Assembly: GCF_018977255.1 (NCBI RefSeq)
Contig: NW_024704743.1
Location: 53,446,001-53,510,000 of the forward strand
Length of the DNA stretch: 64,000 nucleotides
DNA from: Callorhinchus milii
Lineage: Eukaryota
Direction: 5' to 3'
Shown here: in pieces, positions 1 through 10,999 of the stretch
How the letters are laid out: every line of letters begins with the position of its first letter
Position numbering within the stretch: position 1 is the stretch's first letter
Program-made: the position numbers and the translations under genes
Notes under the pieces: model-generated
Seen by the model: the letters and a program-made list of their open reading frames with translations, nothing else
The model's database searches: none
What the model was told of the DNA's origin: nothing

Positions 1-1210
1 ATTCCTTATGAAGAATTCCTGTCATTCCACTCTGTAGGTAGATTGTATCTGAGTAGCATTCCTGTGGTGAGCATCTTACAAAAGGAAACTTGCATTTGCA
101 CAAATCCAGTTCTTTATTAAGGAAAACAATTAAGAAACTAAAACTCCAATGACAAGTATCCAATATATTAGACCCTGCAATTTATTATTTTGAATAGATA
201 AGATCTAATTTGTGGTCTCCTACTCATCCTATAAGACTTTTAAGTTTATTTCTTCCTTTCCCCCACCAGCTGCGATCATTTACAGGCTGTTATCCATCTT
301 ACCTTGAGGACCTTTGACCCACCTCGCATGATTGGATAGAATTAAAGCAATGTCACTCCTCTGAGTTTTCCAGCTTCTAAAAGGAATTTGCTTTAAAAAC
401 AGCTTGGAATGGATATCTTTAAGAAAATGTAAAAAAAAACTAGCTGATGTGCATAAGTAAATGGGAGCATTTTGGGTTCAGTTACAGATGAACTTCAGTC
501 TCTTGAGATCTTACTCGATTTAAGATTAAGTTTATGCAGTCTGGATTGATTTTTAAAACCAGCACTGTTTGTTCAATAGATTCTATTTCATAGTCATAAG
601 AGGTGTTATGAAGGATTAGAATTGCCCTTTTCACTTCTGGAATAAGAGTTTAAATAGATTTGGGATGTAAATTTCAGTGACCTTTTGCTACAAAAGGCCT
701 TTTAATTATCAGTTGTCACTCAACCAAATTTAATGAATCATGTAGGAAATGCAATTCCTAGTACAATGGGGTGGGAGTCCAGCCTGAGTTGGTAGTGGTT
801 AATGGTGCATCATTCATCATCAGCATAAACTCAATGAGTATTCAAGAACTTATTGGAGGGTAAGACAAGCCTAGATGTATAAACTCCCCTCTGGGAGCTT
901 AGTGAAAAGGTAAATAATCCACCCTTTATACACTATCTACTAGACTCTGATGCTTAAACACTTAACACATTTCCTTCCAAAGTAGTTTGTGTTTTAATAT
1001 GTGGTTCAGAATAGTTTTTCTTTTTGACAGTTTGGTGTATTTATTTCAACATTTTGCACATTTTAGATCAAAACATTCAGTGGCAGAGTCATCTCCCCAA
1101 TCAAGAGTCTCACAAGCACTGTCGTTCATTTCTTTGTCCGATTATAAAATCAAACACCTTGAGCAAAACCAAACGAGTCAAGCTGTTGGCTTTGTCGAGC
1201 AATTTTATTT

Positions 1211-1443
1211 TCAAAACAAGGTCCTGCTGTTGCTGTCAGCTTCACGTGTGGATTCTCCCAAAACTGCCCTGGGAAGCGATTGTTCCTTTTGGCCCACATC
1301 TGTTGGTTCGTATATAAAATCAGACGGAAACATTTCTTGGGGTATCTTCGCCAACTGATCATCATGTGAACGCAAAGTCCAGAGTTTCTCCAGTTCATAG
1401 ACTTCCCGGGTTTCAGGCAACATGAAATGTATCACAATATTAC
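1211..1443 (-). CDS. MALSU1: MALSU1 exon 4 (last coding exon)
   Basis: ttgaaag|GT acceptor; [31 protein letters not shown]...; TGA at 1211-1213. Confidence 0.96.
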
Positions 1444-4400
1444 CTTTCAAAAAAGCACATAGAAAACATGACATTGTATTACTTAAACACTTACTAACGC
1501 TTGATTAATGGTAATGGAATATCAGAACCAAGTCAATCCTCTGAGCCAGGGCCCTGCTGAAGTCATACTCAAAACTGTTCAGTGCTCTAAGAATTATTGA
1601 ACACATTGAAACCTGAGTTAAGCAGCAAAGCATGGTACAGTATTGATATTGTTAGGATGAGTGGCAGACCAGTGATTGGGGGCAGGGATTCTTCCCATTC
1701 AGCTCTAGTTGTTGTGCAAACCAAAGCCCTAACAGGTGGGATGGTCATAGCTGGACAAGTTGTGGGAAAGCCTATGCAGTTTTAGCTGGCTAGACTTCTG
1801 CAGTTCTCCAATGCATATTCTGGGGTCCCCAAGCCTTGGCTCTTGCCTAATACATTCTGGAATTAGAAAAGCAGGGTGTGTCCCTCCAGAGAGAGAGAGA
1901 GCGCACATTCCATGTGTAGGTGGGATGCATGATACTCTGTCTAGTTTGGATACTCTTGAAGCATGGCGATGGGTTTCACATATGTCAGACTCCCGGCTGA
2001 CCAAACCAAAATGTGTGAAACCACACAGAGTGCTGGCAGGTTTTTCAAATAGTTACAGGGAAAGCATCAATGTTCCTGTAGCCACATGCACAGTGACTTT
2101 GCTAAAGGCAAAGAAATCTGGAACTTGTTAACTCAAGATCCGTCTCACTCCATATCCAAATTGAAGGACTTTTGCTGGAGTTCTGCTAGTTCTCCATTCT
2201 CAGAGTTAAGCAATAAAGTATAGTCCCGCATTGAAATCAGCCGAGAGACTCCCTTGGAGTTTGTCTCCTTCCTACCATGGCTACCAATGAACCACACTCT
2301 CAGTGTCATTTCAGCCTATGCAACGTTTCTGACATGTTCAACAATTCTTACCTTGCCCCCTCCCCATCACACCCCCTAGCAAACAGCTGCAGTTCACTCA
2401 GTACCATACCATATCCCAATCAGTCAAGGCCAGCATTCAAACAAGTCCACTTGAATGCGTACCAGCTGGAGCTACTAGGAAGTAGTTTTTCAAATGAATT
2501 ATATCCCAAGTTTATGTCTTCACTGGTTGTGGGCCACGGGCCGCCTTTTGGTCCACACTGAACTAAAGAAAGTGAGCAACACTGCCGTGTTGCCATCTGG
2601 TGGTGCAATTTGTTTCTACATCCAGCCACACTACAGAGAGCTTTCTCAGCGTACAAATAATAGTTCTGAAGAACTCCTCTATAATGTGGCAGTTCCTTGT
2701 TCCTTTGTTTAAAAGGCTATACCAACCACATGGGAAATGACTTTATCATTTGATGTAGCACCTTATCACGTCATTGGGATGTTTCAAAACACTTCACGGA
2801 ATATATTGTAAAGTGAATTTGCTGTGTATTTTGTGTGCAAAACGCAGCAGCAGCCAATTGCCAAAGCAGTGTTCCACAAACAGTCGTGGATTGAGTGTGG
2901 AACATTGGTAGCCATTGAGGGATTATTACCCCCGGAAAGCGATCTGCCAATCGACAAACAATCGGGTTTCTACTTACCACTACTGCTAATAATAATCCTT
3001 GCATTTGATATAGCACTTTTCACATCTTCTAGACGTCTCAAAGCGCTTCACAGAATATACTGTAAAGTGAATTGACTGTATATTTTGGGTGAAACGCGGC
3101 AGCCAGCAGTGCACAGCAGTGTACAACAAACAGTCGTGGATTGAAAATGACCAATTTTTATCACTGTTTTGTTTTTTGGAGGGATTATTATTAGGCGTGT
3201 GGAGTAAGGAAGCCCAAGGTTTCGCCCTCTGCCTGGAATTGAATCCAGGTGTCTCGCTTGCAAGGCGAGTGCTCTAACCACTGAGCTACAGGACTCTGGT
3301 AAATAGGTAAATAGAGGCATGTCGAAACTTGCCTAAGGTTTCGCCCCGCCTGGGAATCGAAACTGGGTCCTCTTGCTTGCGAGTGAGTGCTCTAACTATA
3401 TGATTTATAATAAAAATAATCCTTGCATTTGAAATAGTGCCTTATCACACCACTGAGACGTCTCAAGCACTTCACAAAATATACTGTAAAGTGGATTGTG
3501 GACAAAAAGCAGCAGCCAATTGCGCACAGCAACGTCCCACTGTTTGTCCCACAAACAGTCAGAGATTGAGTGACCAAATTATCATTATTATTTTTGATGG
3601 GATTATTAGCCCTGGAAAGCAATGCACCAATTGATGCAGCAGCCAATTGCCATACCAATGTCCCACAAACAGTCATGGATTGAGTGATCTAAAACATTTT
3701 TTGACAGATTATTACCCGGGAAAGAGATCTGCCAACGATTTAACAACCGGGTTCCTACTTACTGTTAGGTAAACAGAGACATACGCAGTAAGGAAACTTG
3801 CCTAATTGCCCAGTGATTCCCACTCATAATTACAGTAATAATAATCCTTATATTTGATATAGCACTTTATCATGTCATTAAAAGGTCCCACCCAAAGCAC
3901 TTCACAAGATTTACTGTAAAGTGTTCTGACTGTTTGTAGGTGAATGTGGCAGCCAATTTGCACAAACATCTGAAGTGAGAACTTGATTTATACAGGGGTG
4001 AGCTTTAGCAAGCAGGAACATTTTTATGGCTGTTCCTTCTCCACACCTCCACCCCCGGTTACTTGGCTCAGCACTTGTTTCCCCACGCCCCTCTTCAGGA
4101 TCTAGAATGTGAGAGAGGTACTTCACAATGTGTTTCAAACACTCTTGCTTAAGACTTCTACACTCCCGGACCTAACATTTATTAAAGGGCATCTTTGCTA
4201 GGCCAGCTTTATGATCTGAAACGCCATATATTATTGGCATTGATGCATTTCGTGCCCAATAACTATGTTGTCTTATTAAAGTTTGTTATCGTACAGTTCA
4301 CTAGATATTTGATACTTACCAAAATCTATACATTTCCAGTCTTCAGTATCTTTTCCTTCCATGTTGACTTGAGGAAGCTGCTCTGTCTTTAACTGTTTAT

Positions 4401-7400
4401 ACTGATGAATAACAAAATTATTTTGGTTGTACCAAAGCATTTTATTGAGAAATTGAATCCAATCTTACAATACTTGTGTACAATTTACTTAGCCAACCTA
4501 CTTCCTGCAGTGACTTACTATAAAGAACAGCGTTTGAAACACAACATATAATAATAATAATCCTTGCATTTGATATAGCGCCTTATTACATCTTCAAAAC
4601 GTCTTAAAACGCTTCACAGAATATACCATAAAGTGAATTGACTGTATATGTTGTGGGCGAAATGCGACAGCCAATTGCGCACAGCAGCGTGCCACAAACA
4701 GTCGTGGGCTGAGTGACCAATTTATTATTATTTTAAAAACAATTTGAAGGAAAAGGGATCCGCCAATCAACTAACAACCGGGTTCCTACTTACCTCTAGG
4801 TAAACAGGCGTGTGGAGTAAGGAAACTTGCCCAAAGTTTTGCTCTGCCAGAAATCGAACCCAGGTCTCTTGTTACTCTAACCACTGAGCTATAGGATGTC
4901 CGTGACCATTCAGCAGACCAGGTGCTTTAAATAATATCTACTCTGCAGAATAATCAGTTTAGTCAAAATATATGTGGTGTTTCAGGTGATCGACCTGCTG
5001 CAAATTTCCAGTAATTCTGTTCTTACATCAATTACTTATTGGATTTATTATTATTATTATCGCCATCAAATGAACTAAAACATTGAGAGTAGAAACAAGG
5101 TTAATTTCACTATCAGGTAGAGTTTCTATAATTTCACAGCTGGTGACCTCCTAAGAATGTGAGTATTCAGAAAGTGGCTTTCACGTTTTTTAAAAAAATG
5201 TTTATTATTGCTATTTTCATGCACAGATTCAGATCACTACTGAGTCATGTTCAAAGACTTGGCAAGTCTCATTCACATAGTTTACAGGCACTGTGATTAA
5301 CCGAAACAAATATAACTCATTCAGTGACAACATTTCCCAAGATCGACTTACCACTTTAAGGGCGTAATGGGCCATGGCATGCAAATGCCTTGCAGAAGTT
5401 CCACTCACGATGATAAAATAATCTGTGTACTTTATTTCTTCCGGCACTTTAATAACACATATATCCTTCGCATTCTCCTGCCGCAGCAAAGCCACCAAAT
5501 AATCAATGGTGAACACTGACTTGTAAATGGAACCTATTTAAAAGCAAAAGTGAAAGTGTTTAATCCTTTACTTCTCCACCAAGTTCAAACCTGTAAGGCC
5601 ATTTGCTCCAAATTTAAGATTGTGCAGAATTGTGGAACATTTTTCAAATTAAGCCTTGATTAGGTTTAAAGAATTGCAGAAAAAACAGTTTTCAAATTAA
5701 GACTGAATTCCAAGTATTTTTCAAAATTCACACTGTCTCCACTAACGGTTTCTCCTCCAACCCCATCAAGGGCGGTGTCCCTCTTGGTGACATCATCCAT
5801 AGACATGGGGTCAACTTCCACATGTATGCGAATGACACTCAACTCTATCCCTCTACCTCCACCCTCAACTCCACTGCTGTCCTCACAGACTGCCTGTCGG
5901 ACATCAAGTCCTGGACGAAAGCTAACTTCCAGTTGAATGTCAACAAGCCTCAGGCGCTGACAGCATCACATTTCATGGATGCTCTCTACACCTCATGGAG
6001 CCAACATGGAACCTCGGCATCCTTTTCGACCCTCAACTGTCCCCACATCCATACCATGACCCGCTCCACCTTTCCCCACCTCTATAACATTGCTCGGCTC
6101 AACACTCATCCACGCATTCATCACATCCAGACTCAACTACGCAAACTCCCCGCTTGTCGGCCTCTCCAGCTCCTCCCTCCATAGGCTGCAGATCATCCAG
6201 AAGTCTGCAGCCCATGTCCTCTCCCGCACCAGGCTCCGTGACCCTATCACCCCCATCCTCGCCCCACTCCACTGGCTTCCCATTGCACAGAGGATACAGT
6301 TCAAGATCCTGGTCCTCACCTTCAAAGCCCTCCACGGCCTTGCTCCCCCCTACTTCTGTGAACTCCTAACCCACTACCAACATGTCCGCGCCCTCTGCTC
6401 AGCGGGCTCCAGTCTGCTTCGCGTATCCTGCCTCGTTCGCCCCACCATTGGTGGGCAGATCTTCTGCCCCCACCCTCTGGAACTCCATCCCGCAATCCCT
6501 CCTCTTGCCTCCTTTAAAACTTATCTCAGACCTTCTTCTTCGACCGTGTCTTCACCCTCCTACCCTCCCCGCCCTTCATCCTTCCTGATCCCAGCCACCA
6601 GCTCAGTGCAGATCCCTGACTGTCCAGCGCCTTGGGACATCCTCCTGACATGAAAGGCTCTAAACAAATGTAAATTGTTGTTGTTATTGATCAAATGCTC
6701 AGAACTATCCTGACTAACCTGAACAACAACAATGTTCATTTATACAGCGAGGGGCAGCGACCCAGAGCACAACAGTGGCTGTGCCAGACACCAATACACA
6801 GAGAGAGAGAGAGCGGAGCTGACCCGAGCCACGGAGAGAGAGAGAGAGAGAGCGGAGCTGACCCGAGCCACGGAGAGAGAGAGAGAGAGAGCGGAGCTGA
6901 CCCGAGCCACGGAGAGAGAGAGAGAGAGAGCGGAGCTGACCCAAGCCACGGAGAGAGAGAGAGAGAGAGAGCGGAGCTGACCCGAGCCACGGAGAGAGAG
7001 AGAGAGAGCTGACCCGAGCCACGGAGAGAGAGAGAGAGAGAGAGCTGACCCGAGCCACGGAGAGAGAGAGAGAGAGAGAGAGCGGAGCTGACCCGAGCCA
7101 CGGAGAGAGAGAGAGAGAGAGAGAGAGCGGAGCTGACCCGAGCCACGGAGAGAGCTGACCCGAGCCACGGAGAGAGCTGACCCGAGCCACGGTTGAAGAG
7201 GAAGGTGTTTGGTTCTGATCTCAAGACGGACATGGAGGAGGCAGGGAATGTCCATGTGTAGTTGGGATGATGGAATTCTCAGTTTGGTTTGGATCTTCTG
7301 ATAGAGACGGGTTTCCATATGTCAGGCCAACCCCCGCCCCCCCCCGGACCCCACCCTCCACCACCCCCCCCCCCCCCCGGACCCCACCCTCCCCAACCCC

Positions 7401-7796
7401 CCCGGACCCCCCCCCCCCCCCCCCCACCCCCCCCTCCCCAACCCCCCCCCCCGGACCCCACCCTCCCCACCCCCCCCCCCCTCCCCACCCCCCCCCCCCC
7501 CCCAACCCCCGACCCCACCCTCCCCAACCCCCGCCCCCCCCCCGGACCCCACCCTCCCCAACCCCCCCCCCCCCCCGGACCCCACCCTCCCCAACCCCCC
7601 GCACCCCCCCCACCCCCCAACCCCCCCCCCAACCCCCCCCCCCGGACCCCACCCTCCCCAACCTCCCAACCCCACCCTCCCCAACCCCCCGGACCCACCC
7701 CCCCAACCTCCCACCCCCGGACCCCACCCTCCCCAACCCCCCCCCCCCCCGGACCCACCCTCCCCAACCCCCCCCCCCCGGACCCCACCCCCCCCG

Positions 7797-7833
<37 letters not shown>

Positions 7834-8390
7834 ACCCCACCCTCCCCAACCCCCCGGACCCCACCCTCCCCAACCCCCGCCCCCCCCCCCCCCCCCGGAC
7901 CCCACCCTCCCCAACCCCCCGGACCCCACCCTCCCCAACCCCAACCCCCCGGACGCCACCCTCCCCAAACCCCGCCCCCCCCGGACCCCACCCTCCCCAA
8001 CCCCCGGACCCCACCCTCCCCAACCCCCCGGACCCAACCCCGGCCCACCCCCCAACCCCCGGACCACCCCAACCCCACCCCAACAACCGCCCCCCCCAAA
8101 CCCCCAACCCCCGGCCCACCCCCAACCCCGGCCCAACCCCCTCACACACACGGGCTGCAGTGGGCCTCACCTGTGGCCTGGGTCGGGCTGCTCCCCGGGC
8201 GGGGCTGGGGCCCGGGGCCGGGGCTCGGGCTGCTCCCCGGGCGGGGCTGGGGCCCGGGGCCGGGGCTCGGGCCCCGGCAGTTGGTGCAGCCCCGAGTCGG
8301 TGGCTCTCGGGGGTGAGCGCGGAGCCCCCGCCCCCCACAGCGAGTGTTCGTAACCAGCGCCGCCGCCAGTGTCCTCAGCCAGGCCGCCAT
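1211..8390 (-). CDS. MALSU1: MALSU1, mitochondrial assembly of ribosomal large subunit 1 (RsfS/Iojap family); complete 4-exon gene, 238 aa
   Basis: join(8171..8390,5352..5533,4320..4401,1211..1443) = 717 nt; all introns GT-AG, phases 1/0/1 consistent. RsfS motifs [59 protein letters not shown]; adjacent to GPNMB as in other vertebrates. Confidence 0.96.
2590..2603 (-). promoter_or_regulatory. candidate CTCF site in MALSU1 intron 3
   Basis: Minus strand CCACCAGATGGCAA matches the CCASYAGRKGGCR core; motif match only. Confidence 0.4.
2987..3296 (-). mobile_element. SINE (short form) in a cluster of SINE fragments spanning ~2745-3970
   Basis: Same head, core and tail as 21323-21645. Confidence 0.88.
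4320..4401 (-). CDS. MALSU1: MALSU1 exon 3
   Basis: 82 nt read by hand (not in ORF track): catcag|[28 protein letters not shown]|gtaagt. Confidence 0.95.
4549..4897 (-). mobile_element. SINE (long form)
   Basis: Same family; includes the gtaagtaggaacccggttgttag insert. Confidence 0.85.
5352..5533 (-). CDS. MALSU1: MALSU1 exon 2
   Basis: taaatag|GT acceptor, GTG|gtaagt donor; [60 protein letters not shown]. Confidence 0.96.
5735..6686 (+). mobile_element. degenerate L2 LINE 3' fragment
   Basis: MYANDTQLY (YADD relic), [27 protein letters not shown], same 3' tail with (ttg)n. Confidence 0.92.
6800..7192. repeat. compound minisatellite: GAGCTGACCCGAGCCACG core separated by (GA)n of variable length, 11 copies
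   Basis: Seen directly in MALSU1 intron 1. Confidence 0.95.
7329..8142. repeat. C-rich tandem array (core CGGACCCCACCCTCCCCAA plus poly-C runs); G-rich on the MALSU1 sense strand
   Basis: Seen directly; it produces the spurious poly-Pro/poly-Gly ORFs. Confidence 0.95.
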
Positions 8391-8640
8391 CCCCGGCCTC
8401 CCCTCACCCCCCGGCCCGGCCCGGCCCGCACAGCCCCGCCCCGGACACCAGCACAGCCCTCACCCCCGGCCCGGCCCGGCCCGGCCCGCACAGCCCCGCC
8501 CCGCCCCGGACACCAGCACAGCCCCGCCCCGCCCTCCCGCCCCGCCCCCGCACACACTGGGCCGCACACTGGGGTTGGGCACAGTGCCCACTGTCTGTGT
8601 GCGGCTCAGAGAGGGGGAGACACGGTGGAGGTTTAGATGG
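8140..8640 (-). promoter_or_regulatory. CpG island / GC-box promoter of MALSU1
   Basis: Very GC- and CpG-rich; several CCCCGCCCC (Sp1-type) boxes in a ~60-bp duplicated unit at ~8400-8550 directly upstream of the ATG. Confidence 0.75.
8171..8390 (-). CDS. MALSU1: MALSU1 exon 1 (presumed mitochondrial presequence)
   Basis: ATG in CpG island; [24 protein letters not shown] (Arg/Ala/Leu-rich, no acidic residues); donor CAG|GTGAGG, phase 1 matches exon 2. Confidence 0.8.
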
Positions 8641-8955
8641 TAATCTCTCGCCTCTCCCCCTCCACAGAACACACTGCGAAGGCAATTGACTGTGTGTGTT
8701 GTGGGCGAAACCCCACAGACAGTGAGTGGCGCTCACACACAGCAGTGACCCACAAACAGTGGTGGATTGAGTGACGACATTTTTTTTAAAAAAGGGTTAT
8801 GACCCCCGGAAAGGGATTTGGCAATTGACTGATAACCGGGTTCCTCCCCCACTGTGTGAGGTAAACAGAGTCGCGCGGAGTAAGGAAACCTGACCAACAT
8901 TTCACCCCGACAGGAATCGAACCCGGGTCTCTCACTTGCGAGGCGAGTGCTCTAA

Positions 8956-9280
8956 TAATAATAATAATAATAATCCTTGCATTTGATATAGCTCTTTTCA
9001 CGCCGGGAGGACGTCCCAAAGCGCTTCACAGAACACACTGTAAAGTGAATTGACTGTATATTTGTGGGCGAACGCGGCAGCCAATTGCGCACAGCAATGT
9101 CCCACAAACAGTCGTAGATTGAAAATGACCAATTTATTATTGTTTTGTTTTTTGGAGGGATTATTATTAGGCTCTGTGTGGAGTAAGGAAACTTGCCCAA
9201 GGTTTCGCCCTCTGCCTGGAATTGAACTCAGGTCTCTCGCTTGCAAAACGAGTGCTCTAACCACTGAGCTACACGACTCC
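8956..9280 (-). mobile_element. full-length SINE (short form, young), abutting a second long-form copy at ~8660-8955
   Basis: Near-identical reverse complement of 21323-21645. Confidence 0.92.
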
Positions 9281-10830
9281 ACAAACGCGGGTGATGAGGG
9301 AAAGATTATTTTCAGTGGTCGGGGGGTCTCGTGTTGGAGAGCATGATATTAAAATCGTAACTGGAGGCGGGGGGGGGGTCCAGAACAGAGATTAGGAGGA
9401 ACGTTTTCACACAGAGAATGTCGGGATGTGGAATCCTCTCCAGGAATCCAGAAGTTTGCAGGGAGCAAAGCTGAGTACAGCAGAAATTTCTAATAATCAA
9501 GGAAGGGGCCTCTAGCCACTCGATAAAAGATAAGCCAGATATTTGTGAAATATGTGACATGCCTCTTCGTTCTTAACTACCCCATGGTTCAGCCTGGCTC
9601 AGTTGGCAGCACTCTTGGCTCTGAGCCAGAAGGTTGTGGGTTCAAGCCCCATGTTGGCACTGAGAATTCCACATATATATTCCGCTTATACAATGGGAAT
9701 TTCTCATCAAAACACTATTAAGCATGGTGATGGTTTGCTGCATTTGTCAGAGACCCAACTGACTCAAACAATTTTGAAGAGGAACAATCCAAAAGGCTAC
9801 AGGGAAAGACCAAGGAATTGGCCTTAGAATATATAACTTCATTGGAGAAGCAGCAGCAAAAGTTCGTCCACAAATATACAGTCAATTCACTCTACAGTAT
9901 ATTCTGTGAAGCTCTTTGGGACGTCTAGAAGACGTGAAAAACGCTTTATCAAATGCAAGGATTATTATTATTAAGTTCAAGGAGCCAAATGGCCTTCCTC
10001 CTATAATCCTAGACCATTACTCTTAATCTAATTTTTATTCTTTAGATGAGTACTTGTCCAGCCAAATTTGGACATAACCAAATCTAAGCAACCTTAGATA
10101 GCAAGACAACTGATGTATTGTTTTCAGTTTTCTGATGTGATGGAACTGATGTAACAGGAAGGAAATTTTGATAGTGTTATTATATAGAGGATGGAAAGCA
10201 ACCCAAACAAAAGACAAAACATAGGTATGGATTAAAATTTATTGTGAGCATTATTATTTGTGCATTTGGCATAGTCTGCATCCAAAGCATTCGAATAACA
10301 TCCTGAAAAAGTAATGTTAGTTTGTCTGCCATTCCTCTATTTAAATTAGTATGAAGCCCTCATTAGCAAATGCATTTCTCCAAACATCCCTTTATAGTGA
10401 TGGACTTAGAAAACAAGCAGCAGAGTAACCTCAGCAGCAGGATTTGAACAACTGCAAATAAACTAGACAATACACTGCCACCTTACCATTACTGTACTTT
10501 GCAGGGTGAAGAGAAATTACATTTTGTAGCAGAATGGAAAGAGTTAAATCAGAAATATGTTGAATAATTTTCACTATAGCATAGAGTTACATCAACAAGT
10601 GTTTGTTTCATCATATACAATAAAGATTTTTCATAGTACAGTTTCGCTTTTATCTTCAGGGAAAGGAGGGGGAACAAATGTTTCAAGTTGTAATCCATTT
10701 GTTCACAGAGAGGAGTCAAAGCAATGCAAGTGGGCGTTTCGATAATCGAGATTTGCTTAAGCAACACTGGTTCTGAGACGAGCAGTTAAATACTGCTCAA
10801 CCAGGGCTCTTCTTCAATAAGGAGCTCCCA

Positions 10831-10999
10831 TTAATTGATTCCAGGTGCATTCTTCAACAGGGGGCTTTTCTCATTGCTTGCAGTGAAAAGTACAGCCTTC
10901 AGGCTGTTGAAATACACACTGCTGTTTTCACCATTCACCACCATCTGTCTTTGGCCCACATTCTCCTGTCTGTTAACTGGTATATATTCTTTGTAACGC
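10831..10999 (-). CDS. GPNMB: GPNMB exon 12 (cytoplasmic tail)
   Basis: RYKEYIPV (YxxPhi) ... NEKSPLL ([DE]xxxLL dileucine sorting motif), TAA at 10831-10833. Confidence 0.95.

Noticed and set aside
1..1200. IGF2BP3 3' end expected from synteny
   Set aside because: No recognisable coding exon, and a UTR cannot be supported from sequence alone.
6800..7192. CRISPR-like repeat-spacer appearance
   Set aside because: The spacers are simple (GA)n tracts rather than unique sequences; eukaryotic intron with no cas genes.
7221..8353. Poly-Pro and poly-Gly ORFs resembling extensins or formins
   Set aside because: Artefacts of the C-rich tandem array in MALSU1 intron 1.
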